From: a virus
Virus record (IMG/VR): IMGVR_UViG_3300047160_027173
Coordinates: 32,001 to 96,000 of that record
Length of the DNA: 64,000 nt
Reading direction: 5' to 3' (one strand)
Part shown: in pieces, positions 30,842-40,350 of the stretch
Layout of the letters: each line of letters begins with the position of its first letter
Position numbering within the stretch: position 1 is the first letter of the stretch
Made by a program: the position numbers and the translations under genes
Notes under the pieces: model-generated
Told to the model about the DNA's origin: nothing
The model's input: the letters and a program-made list of their open reading frames with translations, nothing else
Databases searched by the model: none

Positions 30842-31846
30842 CTACTCCAGGTCGATGCTGTCCTCGGACCGCTGCCGGAAGTAGGCGCGGATGTCATCCC
30901 GGAGGCTAATACTCCTGGGAGTTCCATGGTCTACGAGGTGCCACACGCCCTGCCAGTCCTTCTTGATGTCCCTCTCGGGATCGAACTGGTTCTTGGTCAG
31001 GACCGACCAACGTTCCGCGTACTTGCGATTTTTCTTCTTACCGTGAAAGTAGTGAACGATGGAGCCAGGTGTGAAGCCGACATCCTGGCGGATGGTCTTC
31101 TCGACCCGAGTCTGGAACGTGAGGAGCTTGCGCTTGAAGTTCGGATGGGCGTTGGTCGGGACCGAGCGCATGACGTCACCGATGAAGGCCATGGCCATGT
31201 GGTGGTCAGCGCTGCCCAGGATGGGGAAGTCCATGAGACCGCCCATGTTGTCGATGGCCTCGCGGCGAGCAGCCCAGGCGTAGCCCGGGTGCCAGAAGGC
31301 GGCCGAGGCTGCGACCTTGCCGGAGAGATCGTAGCCGCTGGGACCAGAGACCACGTTCCGGGGGGCGCCGAGCGCGAACTGACTGCCGAAGGACTTGTGC
31401 GTCTGCAGGGTCTCGCCGTCCGGGCCGAGGTCGATGCAGTCCCGCCAGGGCTGCACGAGCTGGTGGTGCTGCAGGGCCTGGATGGTCTGGTTCACCCAGT
31501 GCGGGTTCGTGAAGTGGATGTCGGCGTCGAGCCAGGCCATGTAGCGCCAGTCCGAGGGCAGGCGGCTGATGCCGATGTTGAGGAGGTTTTCCTTGTGCCA
31601 GAGTTCGTGCTGGAGGTTCACGACGACGGTGTTGTCGCCGGCAGGAGCCACGGGCTCGCGATGGCCGAAGGCACCCTCGACGACGGTCAGGTGCACGTTC
31701 TTCTGCTGGCGCATGTGCTCGTGGAACTGCTCGAAGAGACGGTAGCGGGACTTGTACCCGACCGGGTTCGAGACCATGGTGACGACGTGAAGTGTGGAGG
31801 AGGGCGGGGCTGGCGGGGCCAGTCGAGAATGAGTGTGATAGAGCAC
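30842..31846 (-). CDS. GT-A fold glycosyltransferase-like protein
   Basis: 'LWHKENLLNIG...WRYMAWLDAD' (DxD) and 'GG.MD..ILGSADHHMA'. Confidence 0.7.
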   Translation of the reverse strand: MLYHTHSRLAPPAPPSSTLHVVTMVSNPVGYKSRYRLFEQFHEHMRQQKNVHLTVVEGAFGHREPVAPAGDNTVVVNLQHELWHKENLLNIGISRLPSDWRYMAWLDADIHFTNPHWVNQTIQALQHHQLVQPWRDCIDLGPDGETLQTHKSFGSQFALGAPRNVVSGPSGYDLSGKVAASAAFWHPGYAWAARREAIDNMGGLMDFPILGSADHHMAMAFIGDVMRSVPTNAHPNFKRKLLTFQTRVEKTIRQDVGFTPGSIVHYFHGKKKNRKYAERWSVLTKNQFDPERDIKKDWQGVWHLVDHGTPRSISLRDDIRAYFRQRSEDSIDLE

Positions 31847-31864
31847 GGGGATTCCCTTCCTGCT

Positions 31865-32398
31865 CTAGATTGCGGAGCTGCCGCCGACTACGTCGAGGAA
31901 CTGTGTGTCAACTCCGTTAAGACAGTTCAGGGCTCGGGTGTAGTACTTGCGGCGGACGTCGAGACTGGCCTGTGTGGCGCCCTGTCCGTTGATCTTGCGG
32001 GTGGCACCGTCGCAGTCGTTGGCGTCGGCGAAGGCGTTGAGGTTGAACTTCATCCAGAACCAGGTGCAGACGGCGGCGTTCTTCTGGATGGCCTCCTCGG
32101 GATGGTTCACGAGGTCGATGCCGATGGCGTCACCGCAGGCCTTGTAGTTGTACTTCCAGGTCAGCTGAATCCACGACCGACCGTAGTAGGGCACGTAGGC
32201 CTTGCCGGTCCAGGACATGGGGTCCTCTTCGAGGGCGCGAAAGTAGTCGGACTCGACGCCGAGCTGGGCGACGATGAGGGCCACGCGCTGCTTGCTGTCG
32301 GCCTTGCAGGAGATGAGAATCGCGTTCAGGTCCGCGATGGCGAGACCGGCTTGCGACGCAGGGCAGATGGCCTGTAGCTGGTCAGCTGTCAGCTGCAC
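31865..32398 (-). CDS. Endolysin, glycoside hydrolase family 19
   Basis: 'AQLGVES..F...EE', 'YYGRSWIQLTWKYNY', 'TRKING'. Confidence 0.85.
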   Translation of the reverse strand: MQLTADQLQAICPASQAGLAIADLNAILISCKADSKQRVALIVAQLGVESDYFRALEEDPMSWTGKAYVPYYGRSWIQLTWKYNYKACGDAIGIDLVNHPEEAIQKNAAVCTWFWMKFNLNAFADANDCDGATRKINGQGATQASLDVRRKYYTRALNCLNGVDTQFLDVVGGSSAI

Positions 32399-32798
32399 CG
32401 GGACCGCCAGGCGGGAGCTTGTCGTCTACGCGGTCGTTGAGCTTGCCGAGAATCCCCTTCAGGAAGTCCTGGCCGCTGATGCGGGACAGATTCTCGTAGA
32501 TGGACTTCAACTCGGTGATGCCGACGTAGCCGGCGGCGATCTTCGCGAACGGCAGCATGTCGTCAACGAGGTAGCGCTCGGTCAGGAAACCGCAGATGAT
32601 GGCCAGCTGGTAGACGAAGATCTTCGTCACGGTGCGGCCCAAGCGGTTGCTGCTGATGGGGATGCCAGTCTTCAGACTGGCCCAGATCCCCGTCAGGAGA
32701 TCCATGAACACGAGCACACCGGCTGTCACCAACATGGCCTTGATCGGCGCCAGTACGGCAAACGTCGAAAGGAGTAGCAACCAGAGGGCGGATTTCAT
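32382..32798 (-). CDS. Holin (phage holin 4-type)
   Basis: Transmembrane segments, 'DLLTGIWAS', 'ELKSIYENL'. Adjacent to the endolysin. Start reassigned to MKSALW. Confidence 0.8.
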   Translation of the reverse strand: MKSALWLLLLSTFAVLAPIKAMLVTAGVLVFMDLLTGIWASLKTGIPISSNRLGRTVTKIFVYQLAIICGFLTERYLVDDMLPFAKIAAGYVGITELKSIYENLSRISGQDFLKGILGKLNDRVDDKLPPGGPGAADS

Positions 32799-32856
32799 CT
32801 TCGCAGGCACTTTCGGGGCAGAGGGTAGAGGTGTCCTCAGACAGGCCGTAGATTGC

Positions 32857-33213
32857 ATGTCCGATGCCATCGGATTAGATGATTCTCAACCTGTGACCTT
32901 TGAAGAGTTCTCGGCCCTGTCCCCGGCCCAGCAGCGGGACCTGATGATCGCTGACGGCGTCGTCTGCCGATTCGACGACCCCAACCACTTCGACATCGAG
33001 GCCTGCCCCAGCTGCAAGGAGAGCAAGGAACTGCGATGCCTGCACCTCTACGGGGCTCAAGACAAGCTCATCTACGTGGGTACCATGGGTGGCAACAATC
33101 AGATGCTGTACTGGCTCGGCAAGTCTCCCCACAACAAGAGTGGAAGCTGGGTCCGGGGCAAGAACCCAGACCGTTGGGGTCGGCGAGGCTGGCTCGGTCC
33201 GACCTCGCGCTAG
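32857..33213 (+). CDS. Hypothetical protein
   Basis: MSDAIGLDD... with a CxxC motif. Convergent with 33210..33566. Confidence 0.5.
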   Translation: MSDAIGLDDSQPVTFEEFSALSPAQQRDLMIADGVVCRFDDPNHFDIEACPSCKESKELRCLHLYGAQDKLIYVGTMGGNNQMLYWLGKSPHNKSGSWVRGKNPDRWGRRGWLGPTSR

Positions 33214-33566
33214 AGCCCGATCTCCCGGAGGCAACGCTGCCAGGCCAGGACGATGCGCTCCTCGTCGTGCATGGGCACCTGCTGATAGACGCCGCTGCCG
33301 CTCTGACCCCAGAACAGCTCCAGATTCTTGGCCATTGTACCGCGGTAGTAGACGGTCGCGTAGCAGTACCAGCGCTCGGCGCTTTCGTCGGGCTCACGGT
33401 CGACGACGATGAAGCTATGGGGCCCGGCGTCCTCGTCCCGGGCCGAGACCAGAGCCCATTCCAGCTGACGGCGCTGGCAGATGGCGGCGATCCGCTGGAG
33501 GATGTGGGGCAGGTCCGGTAGTTGCTGGACGCGATAGTCAGGGAACAGGCGGGATCGATGGGGCAT
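33210..33566 (-). CDS. Hypothetical protein
   Basis: ORF with a late-motif variant upstream. Confidence 0.55.
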   Translation of the reverse strand: MPHRSRLFPDYRVQQLPDLPHILQRIAAICQRRQLEWALVSARDEDAGPHSFIVVDREPDESAERWYCYATVYYRGTMAKNLELFWGQSGSGVYQQVPMHDEERIVLAWQRCLREIGL

Positions 33567-33635
33567 CAGGTCCTAGATAACGAACGGGCCCAGACCTTGC
33601 GATCTGAGCCCGCTTTGGCGACTCCTAAAAGTGTG

Positions 33636-34109
33636 TTACGGCAGGGTCGAGGCGCCCGGAAGCTCGGCGTTCTCGGTGCTCTCGTCGCTGACGAGGAGAC
33701 CCATGAAGGTGACCGTGGTCTCAACCGACTGGCGGTTGGCAACGCTCATCGCCCAGGACATCGGGCGGACGCTGCTGATACGGGCCACGCGCTCACCGGT
33801 CTCGCGGTCGAGAATGGCAAGCTCGATGTATTCGTGAGCGAGTAGGTCCTGGAGCTGGGGGACCTTGGCGATGACGTGGGGACCGCTGTTGACGACGCGC
33901 CAGCCGGTCGCGGTCACGTGGACCACGTCCTGGGCCGTGTAGACGATCTCGTCAGCCGAGTACCGGCCGAGGAGGAAGATCGGGTCCGCGCTGTAGCTGA
34001 GGCCGACGCTGACGTTGTTGAAGATACCCATGACGCGGGCGTCGTTGGTATTCGGGTCAACGATGATCAGCTGGGCTCGTGCGCCGGTGAAAGTCTTAGC
34101 TGGTGCCAT
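33636..34109 (-). CDS. Tail tube protein
   Basis: 157 aa, directly after the sheath. 'FTGARA...LGRYSADEIVYT'. Confidence 0.8.
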   Translation of the reverse strand: MAPAKTFTGARAQLIIVDPNTNDARVMGIFNNVSVGLSYSADPIFLLGRYSADEIVYTAQDVVHVTATGWRVVNSGPHVIAKVPQLQDLLAHEYIELAILDRETGERVARISSVRPMSWAMSVANRQSVETTVTFMGLLVSDESTENAELPGASTLP

Positions 34110-34121
34110 TTACGTTCCTCG

Positions 34122-36659
34122 TTACTGTCCCGTGGCCGTCTGCTGAACCGGAGCGACGACGAAGCTGATGTCGATGAAGTACAGGGCCGTGGCGAGCTTG
34201 ATCTGCAGGCTCACGAACATGGCCGGGGCAGCGATCTTGATGACAACGTTCCGGAAGCCGCGGGGAGCGTCGTCGCTGGGGGCGATGAGCTTCAGCCGGA
34301 GGAAGTTCGCCATGATGTTCTCGATGGCGGACTCTGCGACCTTGGCGTTGATGTCAGCCAGGCTCTGGCCGACGAACTGAGCGTTCATCTGCTGGGCGGT
34401 GGTCACGCTGACCACGTCCGCGGCGTAGACGGCCTGGATGCTGTTGAAGACGAAGTTGTTGTCCTTGCCGTAGGTGGTCTGGTCCGAAACCCAGGTGAAG
34501 CCACCGCCGGCAGCGGGCTGAGCCGGGAGCAGACCGGCCTGGAGGGCCTGGGTGATCTGGTCGCGGTTGCGGGGGTTGTAGCTACCGTCGGCCATCAGGA
34601 CGCCGCTGGTGTTGATCTGCTTGTTGACGATGGCCTTGTAGAAGCCCGCGGCCTGCATACCGGCGGCGAGAGCAGCGCCCATCCAGGACGGGAACTGGAC
34701 CAGGTTGCCCTGGCTGTCGGTCTGCTTCATGTCGAGGAAGCAGAGGCTGGCGCGGAAGCTGGCGAGGTCGGCAGCAGCGGCCTGAGCCAGGGCGAAGCTG
34801 GTGTCCTTGGAGAGGAAGCTCTGACGGTTGCGGCCGAACTTGGTCTCGGACATCAGCAGGACGTGGTTCAGGGTGGCGGTGTTGATGCTGTCGATGGTGT
34901 AGGTCGAGCTGGGGTCGGTGACGCCGTTGGCGATGTCCTGGCTGGCGTCGCGGCTGAAGGCCGGGACGACGAAGTTCAGCTGGGCGCTCTGCAGGGCGTC
35001 GAGAGCAGCCTGGACCTGGGCGTTGCTGGTGCCACCCTTGCTGCCGCCGGTCAGGAAGGAAGGACCGCTGGTGACGTCGGGGAGACCGGCATCGGCGCGG
35101 GCCGCGGGGCTGTTCTCCTGGAGGAGGACCGACTGCTGGCTGATGACGTTGAAGAGGTCGGAGGCGTCAACCTTGACGCGGAGGGCGCCGACACCCCACT
35201 GGGTGCTGGCGTTGGCGGCGCTGACGCGGTCCAGGTCGGCGCTGGGGCGCTGGCCGAGGACGGCGGTACCGACGCTGGCCACGTAGTTGGGCTGGGCGTT
35301 GATGAACGAGGCCAGGGCGGCCACGGTCGGGAAGTCCGAGAAGTTGATGGTGAGGCTGTCGGCCGAAACCGAGGCCGTGGTCACCAGCTGGGTAGCGCTG
35401 ATGGTCACCGTGCAGCTGGTGCCCTTGTAGCCCATCTTCAGGGCGACGCGGCCACCGGCAACCAGGCTTTCGCTGGTGGCGGTCGACTGGCGGTTGACGT
35501 TGAGCTTGATCTGGTACTCGGCGCCGCTGACGAGCTGGGCCGGGGCACCGGTGAGGCTGACCCAGCTGACCTGGGTGTTGGTGCCGAGGAGGTAGGCGGT
35601 GCGGATGAGCTGGTCGCCACCGGTACCGAGGTCGGCGATCTCCAGGCTCTTGCCGACGCCGTCGATGACGCTGGCCGAGGTGAGGCTGATGCTGACCGGC
35701 GACCAGGCCTTGGCGTCGGTCAGGGCGGCGATGGGAGTAGCGGCCACAGCGCGGGGGGCGGTGACGGTGCCAGCGACGGGGCTGTTCGTGCTGCCGGCAT
35801 CGCTGAGCTTGATGGCGGTCAGGGTCGAGGTCGAGACGGCGGTGATGACGTAGGCGCCGACGTTGCAGTCAGCGTGGACGCCGTCGTCCTGGAGGACGGA
35901 GCCGTGGGGGATGGTCAGGGTGTCGCCGATGACGGGGCTGGCGGCCCAGGCAACGGAACGGGTCACGGTCACGGTGCGGCTGGTGCCGGGGACGCCGACA
36001 ATGGCCAGAGCCAGAGTGCCGGACACGGCGAGGATGACGCGGTCAACGCCACCGACGGCGGTGATTCCGGAGAGGGCGCCGACCAGGCCCTGGAAGCTGG
36101 CCGGGGTCATGTTGGCGGTGACCGTGAAGGTCTCGCTGGCGCCACCGTTCACGCGGAGGGCGGCGTTCACGCCACCGACGGGCGGGATGTACGTGAAGGC
36201 GCTGGTCGTCGGGACGACTTCGGCGACGTTGGACAGGGTCTGCCAGTAGATCTGGTTGCCGAGGGCGCCCTGGCTCTTGTCGAGGATGGTGGCGTAGGTG
36301 CCGCCGCCGATCTTCGGCAGGGCGCCAGAGGCCTTGCCGCTGACGTTGGTCTTGACGATGATGATGGCCTGAGGAGCGCCGGTGATGCCGGGATCCTTCG
36401 AGGGAGCGCACATGGCGCGGAAACCGTCCACGAGGGGGCCGCTGCCGTACTTGGCAGCAACAGAGGCGAAGCTGTCCGGACCGAAAGCGTTCAGCTGGAG
36501 GTCCTGCTCCAGGGTGAAGTCGGGGCCCTGGTTGGACTCACCGATGAGGGCGATGACGCCGGTGGTGGCCAGGCCTGAGGGCGTGGTCTGCACCGTGTAC
36601 CTGGAGTATGCTCCAGGGATAGTAACGGTTCCGTCGACAGTTGCGAGACTCTGGGCCAT
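34122..36659 (-). CDS. Tail sheath protein
   Basis: 'IPGAYS...GVIALIGESNQGP', 'FLTGGSKG', and a C-terminal sheath domain. Confidence 0.9.
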   Translation of the reverse strand: MAQSLATVDGTVTIPGAYSRYTVQTTPSGLATTGVIALIGESNQGPDFTLEQDLQLNAFGPDSFASVAAKYGSGPLVDGFRAMCAPSKDPGITGAPQAIIIVKTNVSGKASGALPKIGGGTYATILDKSQGALGNQIYWQTLSNVAEVVPTTSAFTYIPPVGGVNAALRVNGGASETFTVTANMTPASFQGLVGALSGITAVGGVDRVILAVSGTLALAIVGVPGTSRTVTVTRSVAWAASPVIGDTLTIPHGSVLQDDGVHADCNVGAYVITAVSTSTLTAIKLSDAGSTNSPVAGTVTAPRAVAATPIAALTDAKAWSPVSISLTSASVIDGVGKSLEIADLGTGGDQLIRTAYLLGTNTQVSWVSLTGAPAQLVSGAEYQIKLNVNRQSTATSESLVAGGRVALKMGYKGTSCTVTISATQLVTTASVSADSLTINFSDFPTVAALASFINAQPNYVASVGTAVLGQRPSADLDRVSAANASTQWGVGALRVKVDASDLFNVISQQSVLLQENSPAARADAGLPDVTSGPSFLTGGSKGGTSNAQVQAALDALQSAQLNFVVPAFSRDASQDIANGVTDPSSTYTIDSINTATLNHVLLMSETKFGRNRQSFLSKDTSFALAQAAAADLASFRASLCFLDMKQTDSQGNLVQFPSWMGAALAAGMQAAGFYKAIVNKQINTSGVLMADGSYNPRNRDQITQALQAGLLPAQPAAGGGFTWVSDQTTYGKDNNFVFNSIQAVYAADVVSVTTAQQMNAQFVGQSLADINAKVAESAIENIMANFLRLKLIAPSDDAPRGFRNVVIKIAAPAMFVSLQIKLATALYFIDISFVVAPVQQTATGQ

Positions 36660-36690
36660 CGTTAATTCCTCAAGGTCCTAGTTTGCCGGT

Positions 36691-39600
36691 TCACTTGCCC
36701 TGGAGCTTCCCGAAGATGCCCGGCTTCTTCGGTGCGGGGGCGGCGGCGGGCTTGTTGGCCAGCGGGCCCGGGCGGGCACTGAGCTGGGGGCGCTGGCTGG
36801 GCAGCGGGTTGGAAGCCATCGGGGTGGAGGGCGGCTTGATCTGGGACTGGACCTTGGCGGCGGTCGCGTCCATGTGGGGCTTGACCATGCCACCGGTCAG
36901 GGCTGCACCGGCACCGAGCATGGCACCGGCGACCTTGCCCTTCCAGTTCTTCTCCAGGTCACCCTTGGCCACGGGGGGCTTCGGGGCCTGGACCAGCTTG
37001 GCCTTGGCGTCCTTCAGGTCCTGCATGGTGAACTTCTTCTTGGGCTTGGAAGCCTCTTCGCTGCGCTCCGGGAGACCTTCACCGGCCCAGGTGTCGAGGC
37101 CACCGGCCTTCTTCACGGGGGCGGCGTCTTCGAGAGCCGAGTTCTCACCGCTGTCCTTCTTGGAGGCAGCGTCCGAGGCCAGGGCGTCGTTCTTGCCGCT
37201 GTCCTTCTTGCTGGGGGCGTCACTCATGAGGGCGTCGTTCTTGCCGGAGTCCTTCTTCGAGGCAGGGGCGGCGTCCAGGCCCTTGTTGTCGGCGGGGACC
37301 TTGTCGGGGGCGGCGTTCTCCAGGGCCGAGTTCTCACCCGAGTCCTTCTTGGACGGGGCGTCGGTCATGAGGGCGTCGTTCTCGGACTTCTTGGCGGCGA
37401 GCTTCTTACCGGCCTCGACGCGGTGCTCGACCTTGGCCTTGGTGGCGTCCATGTGGGGCTTGACGGCGCCAGCCGTCAGGGCGACGCCAGCAGCCAGGGC
37501 ACCGGCAGCGACCTTGTCCTTCCAGCCCTTCTCCATCGGCAGCTGGGGACCAGCAGGCGGGCGGAGATGCGAGCCCGGGAGCTTGATGTGGGACTCGACG
37601 CGCTTGGCGGCGTGATGAGCCTGGGCGGGGATGGCACCGGCAGTCATGGCCGTACCAGCGGCCAGAGCAGCGGCGGCGACCTTCTCCTTCCAGCCCTTCT
37701 CGACGGCTTCACCCTTCATGGCCATGCCCGTGCTGGCAGTGCCAGGGGCAGCACCCATCTTCGGGGGCTTGGCCATGGCCGGGGCCGGCATGCCGCCCAT
37801 ACCCTTGGCAACGCCGGAGACACTGGTCTCCATGGGGCTGGCCTCGGGCTTGGCGGGCTTCTTCATCCAGTCCTTGGTCTCGGCGCTGGCGGGCTTCTTG
37901 ACGCCGTCAGCCAGTGACTTGGCGTAGGTCTTGTCGTTGGCACCCTCGCCGCGCTTGCTGTAGGTCTTGTCGCCGTTGGCACGGCCAGGACCGGGGGCAT
38001 CCTTGCCCTCGCCACGCTTCGAGTAGGTCTTGTCGGCGTCGGACGGACCGCTGTCGGCCTTGTAGGGATCATTGCTGCCCTTGTCAGAGAACTGACGGGC
38101 GCTGGCGTCGTCGGCCTTCTGGCCGGGGTTGCGCTTGAGCTTGGCACCGGGCAGCACCGCGCCACCGGAGCCGTTGGACTCTTCGTCGCGGAACTTCTGG
38201 CCGTTGCCGACGGGCTTCTCGGGAACGCCCTTGCTACGGGTCTTGCCGCTGGCCTTCGGGGGGAGGACCGCGTCGGGGTCGACGCCGTTCTCCACGAGGT
38301 GTCCCTGGTTGTCCACGAACTCTTCGGCCTTCTCCAGGGCCTTCTTCATCTTGTTGTGGATCTTCCAGGCGGTGGCGTAGGCCTTTTCCTTGTCGCCGCC
38401 GTACTGGGCCTTGAGCTTGTGCATCGTCTTCTCAGACACGCCCGGAGGAGTTACCTTCTCCAGCATGTCCTGATGCTCGTCGCTAGCTGACTTCTCGCCC
38501 TCGGGCTTGGAGTCGCTGACGGTCTGAGCCTGGGGGGATTCCCGGGGCTCGTCCTTCTTCACGGGCTTGGCCTTGCCACTGTGGGCAGAGCAGAAGTCCT
38601 TGTCACCCCTGATGCCCTTGCCGCAGGCCGGGTAGTTGCAGACGTGGGTCGGGCCACCGCCCTTCGCCATCTCGTCCTTGGCCTCGCAGCCCTTCTCCAG
38701 GTCGTGGGCCTTGCCACACTTCTTGCACAGAGCTTCGGCCTTGACGGCCATGTCAGCAGCGGGCACGTCCTCGGCGCCACCGCTCGCGGAAGACGCGGGC
38801 TTGTGGGCGTGGACAGGGATCAGAGACTTGGCAAGCTCGCGCTTGCGGAGACCATCGATCTCCTTCGCGAACGCATCGATCTTCTCACGAGTAGCCTTCA
38901 GAAGAATGTCCCGAGCTTCCTCGGGCGTGTAGAGCTTCTCGTTCTTGGCGTCGGCCATGGATACCTGTCCTCGGACGTATGTGTAGATTGCGTCCAGTTC
39001 CTGCACTTCAGCCTTGGCGACCGGGCTAGGTACGGGCTTGGACTTTAGGGTTTCGTGGGGCTTCAGACCCATGCGGGCAGCGTGTCCGCTGACCAGGGCC
39101 AGGGAGGTCGTCAGGGGCACCTGGCCGTTGTGGGGCTGGAAGCCTTCCTTGACGGGGTCCGTGAACTTACCGGTGACGGCGCGGTGGGCGGCGTCGTGCA
39201 TGACGGTGTTGTACTCACGGTTGAAGTCGTCATCGCTGATGTGCACGCCGAGCTTGGCGCTCAGCTCCCGCTGCTTGTGAGCGGCGAGGTGCTCCCAGTG
39301 GACGGCGCGCAGGGCCTCGTTGGGGGTGCGGTGCTGGCCGAGCTTGCCGATGCGGCGACCCTCGCCGTAGAGGCGGTTAACCTCGGGGTAGGTCAGCGCA
39401 TGTGCTAGTTCGTGAACTTTCCGCCAGTTGTCGGTGTACTCGCGCTCGCCGAAGTCACCACCCGTGCCCGGGTCCGGGTCGTAGATCATCAGGTGCTTGG
39501 TGTTGTAGTTGCGGTTGGCCAGGTCGGGCTTGCCGTACTTGCCACCGGCGTAGTAGTGGCTGTAGCCGTGCTGCTGGAGGAGGTCGTTGATGGCCTGGCC

Positions 39601-40347
39601 GTGGCCCCCATAGTTGTAGAACTTGAGATTCTGGCTGCCGGGCTTTCCAATGCCACCATAGTGCTGGGCGAACTCGCCGTAGGTGCTGACGCCTGCCGGC
39701 GCGAACTGCTCGTTGGCCTTGTTCAGGCTCCGGTCGAGCTTCATGCCCTCGCCGACGGGCATGTTCTGCGGGCCCTGCTCGACGACGGTGCTGCCCTGGT
39801 TGGCGGGACCGCGCGGGGTCGGGAAGCCGGCCGCATCAGGCGGGAGCTTCTCCATCTGCGTGGCCTTCTTGACGGGCTCCTCGGTCTCGACGCGCTTGTG
39901 GTGCTCGGTGTTGCCGTCGTGCCAGCTGTAGGCGTTCGGGTGAGGGGTGCCGCCTTCAAGGTTCAGCCGGAAGAAGCCCTGGCCGGGGATCTCCGTGTAG
40001 AAGTCCTCGGGGGCCTCGGAGAAGACCTCGTGGCCGTGGCCGGTCTGGTGCTGGCCGCGCTTGGGGCCGTTGGTGAAGAGGAGCTTGTTCTGGTGGCCGA
40101 TGCTGTGGATGACCGATTCCTGGCCGTAACGCTCGCCGAGGTCGCGGAGATTCTCCTCGCTGATGCCGGGCAGGAAGAAGCTGCGCTCGGGCTCGCCGTA
40201 CTTGCCGTTGACGACCTGGAAGGGAATCTGACGCCTGGTCAGCTCCCGATGCAGGCCCTCGTGGCCACCGTTGGCCGTGGCCCTGAACAGGGGTCGGTCA
40301 CCGGACATGAGGCCGAAGGCTTGGCCGCTGAGGATGGCGTGTTTCAT
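36691..40347 (-). CDS. Polyvalent virion (internal head) protein: SAM-lyase-like domain, HExxH domain, low-complexity repeats
   Basis: See findings. About 20 hydrophobic-x-K-[AGSD] motifs. Located in the structural operon. Confidence 0.75.
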   Translation of the reverse strand: MKHAILSGQAFGLMSGDRPLFRATANGGHEGLHRELTRRQIPFQVVNGKYGEPERSFFLPGISEENLRDLGERYGQESVIHSIGHQNKLLFTNGPKRGQHQTGHGHEVFSEAPEDFYTEIPGQGFFRLNLEGGTPHPNAYSWHDGNTEHHKRVETEEPVKKATQMEKLPPDAAGFPTPRGPANQGSTVVEQGPQNMPVGEGMKLDRSLNKANEQFAPAGVSTYGEFAQHYGGIGKPGSQNLKFYNYGGHGQAINDLLQQHGYSHYYAGGKYGKPDLANRNYNTKHLMIYDPDPGTGGDFGEREYTDNWRKVHELAHALTYPEVNRLYGEGRRIGKLGQHRTPNEALRAVHWEHLAAHKQRELSAKLGVHISDDDFNREYNTVMHDAAHRAVTGKFTDPVKEGFQPHNGQVPLTTSLALVSGHAARMGLKPHETLKSKPVPSPVAKAEVQELDAIYTYVRGQVSMADAKNEKLYTPEEARDILLKATREKIDAFAKEIDGLRKRELAKSLIPVHAHKPASSASGGAEDVPAADMAVKAEALCKKCGKAHDLEKGCEAKDEMAKGGGPTHVCNYPACGKGIRGDKDFCSAHSGKAKPVKKDEPRESPQAQTVSDSKPEGEKSASDEHQDMLEKVTPPGVSEKTMHKLKAQYGGDKEKAYATAWKIHNKMKKALEKAEEFVDNQGHLVENGVDPDAVLPPKASGKTRSKGVPEKPVGNGQKFRDEESNGSGGAVLPGAKLKRNPGQKADDASARQFSDKGSNDPYKADSGPSDADKTYSKRGEGKDAPGPGRANGDKTYSKRGEGANDKTYAKSLADGVKKPASAETKDWMKKPAKPEASPMETSVSGVAKGMGGMPAPAMAKPPKMGAAPGTASTGMAMKGEAVEKGWKEKVAAAALAAGTAMTAGAIPAQAHHAAKRVESHIKLPGSHLRPPAGPQLPMEKGWKDKVAAGALAAGVALTAGAVKPHMDATKAKVEHRVEAGKKLAAKKSENDALMTDAPSKKDSGENSALENAAPDKVPADNKGLDAAPASKKDSGKNDALMSDAPSKKDSGKNDALASDAASKKDSGENSALEDAAPVKKAGGLDTWAGEGLPERSEEASKPKKKFTMQDLKDAKAKLVQAPKPPVAKGDLEKNWKGKVAGAMLGAGAALTGGMVKPHMDATAAKVQSQIKPPSTPMASNPLPSQRPQLSARPGPLANKPAAAPAPKKPGIFGKLQGK
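37125..37390 (-). repeat. Imperfect coding repeats (SKKDSG[EK]N[SD]AL x4)
   Basis: Read directly in protein and DNA. Confidence 0.85.
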
Positions 40348-40350
40348 GGC

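Noticed and set aside
8107-36659. Bacterial contractile injection system or tailocin rather than phage
   Set aside because: Neck and head-type proteins, lysis genes, nucleotide metabolism genes, a tRNA array and homing endonucleases indicate a phage genome.
37125-38050. Repeats resembling a CRISPR array
   Set aside because: Imperfect in-frame coding repeats with no constant repeat-spacer period and no cas genes.
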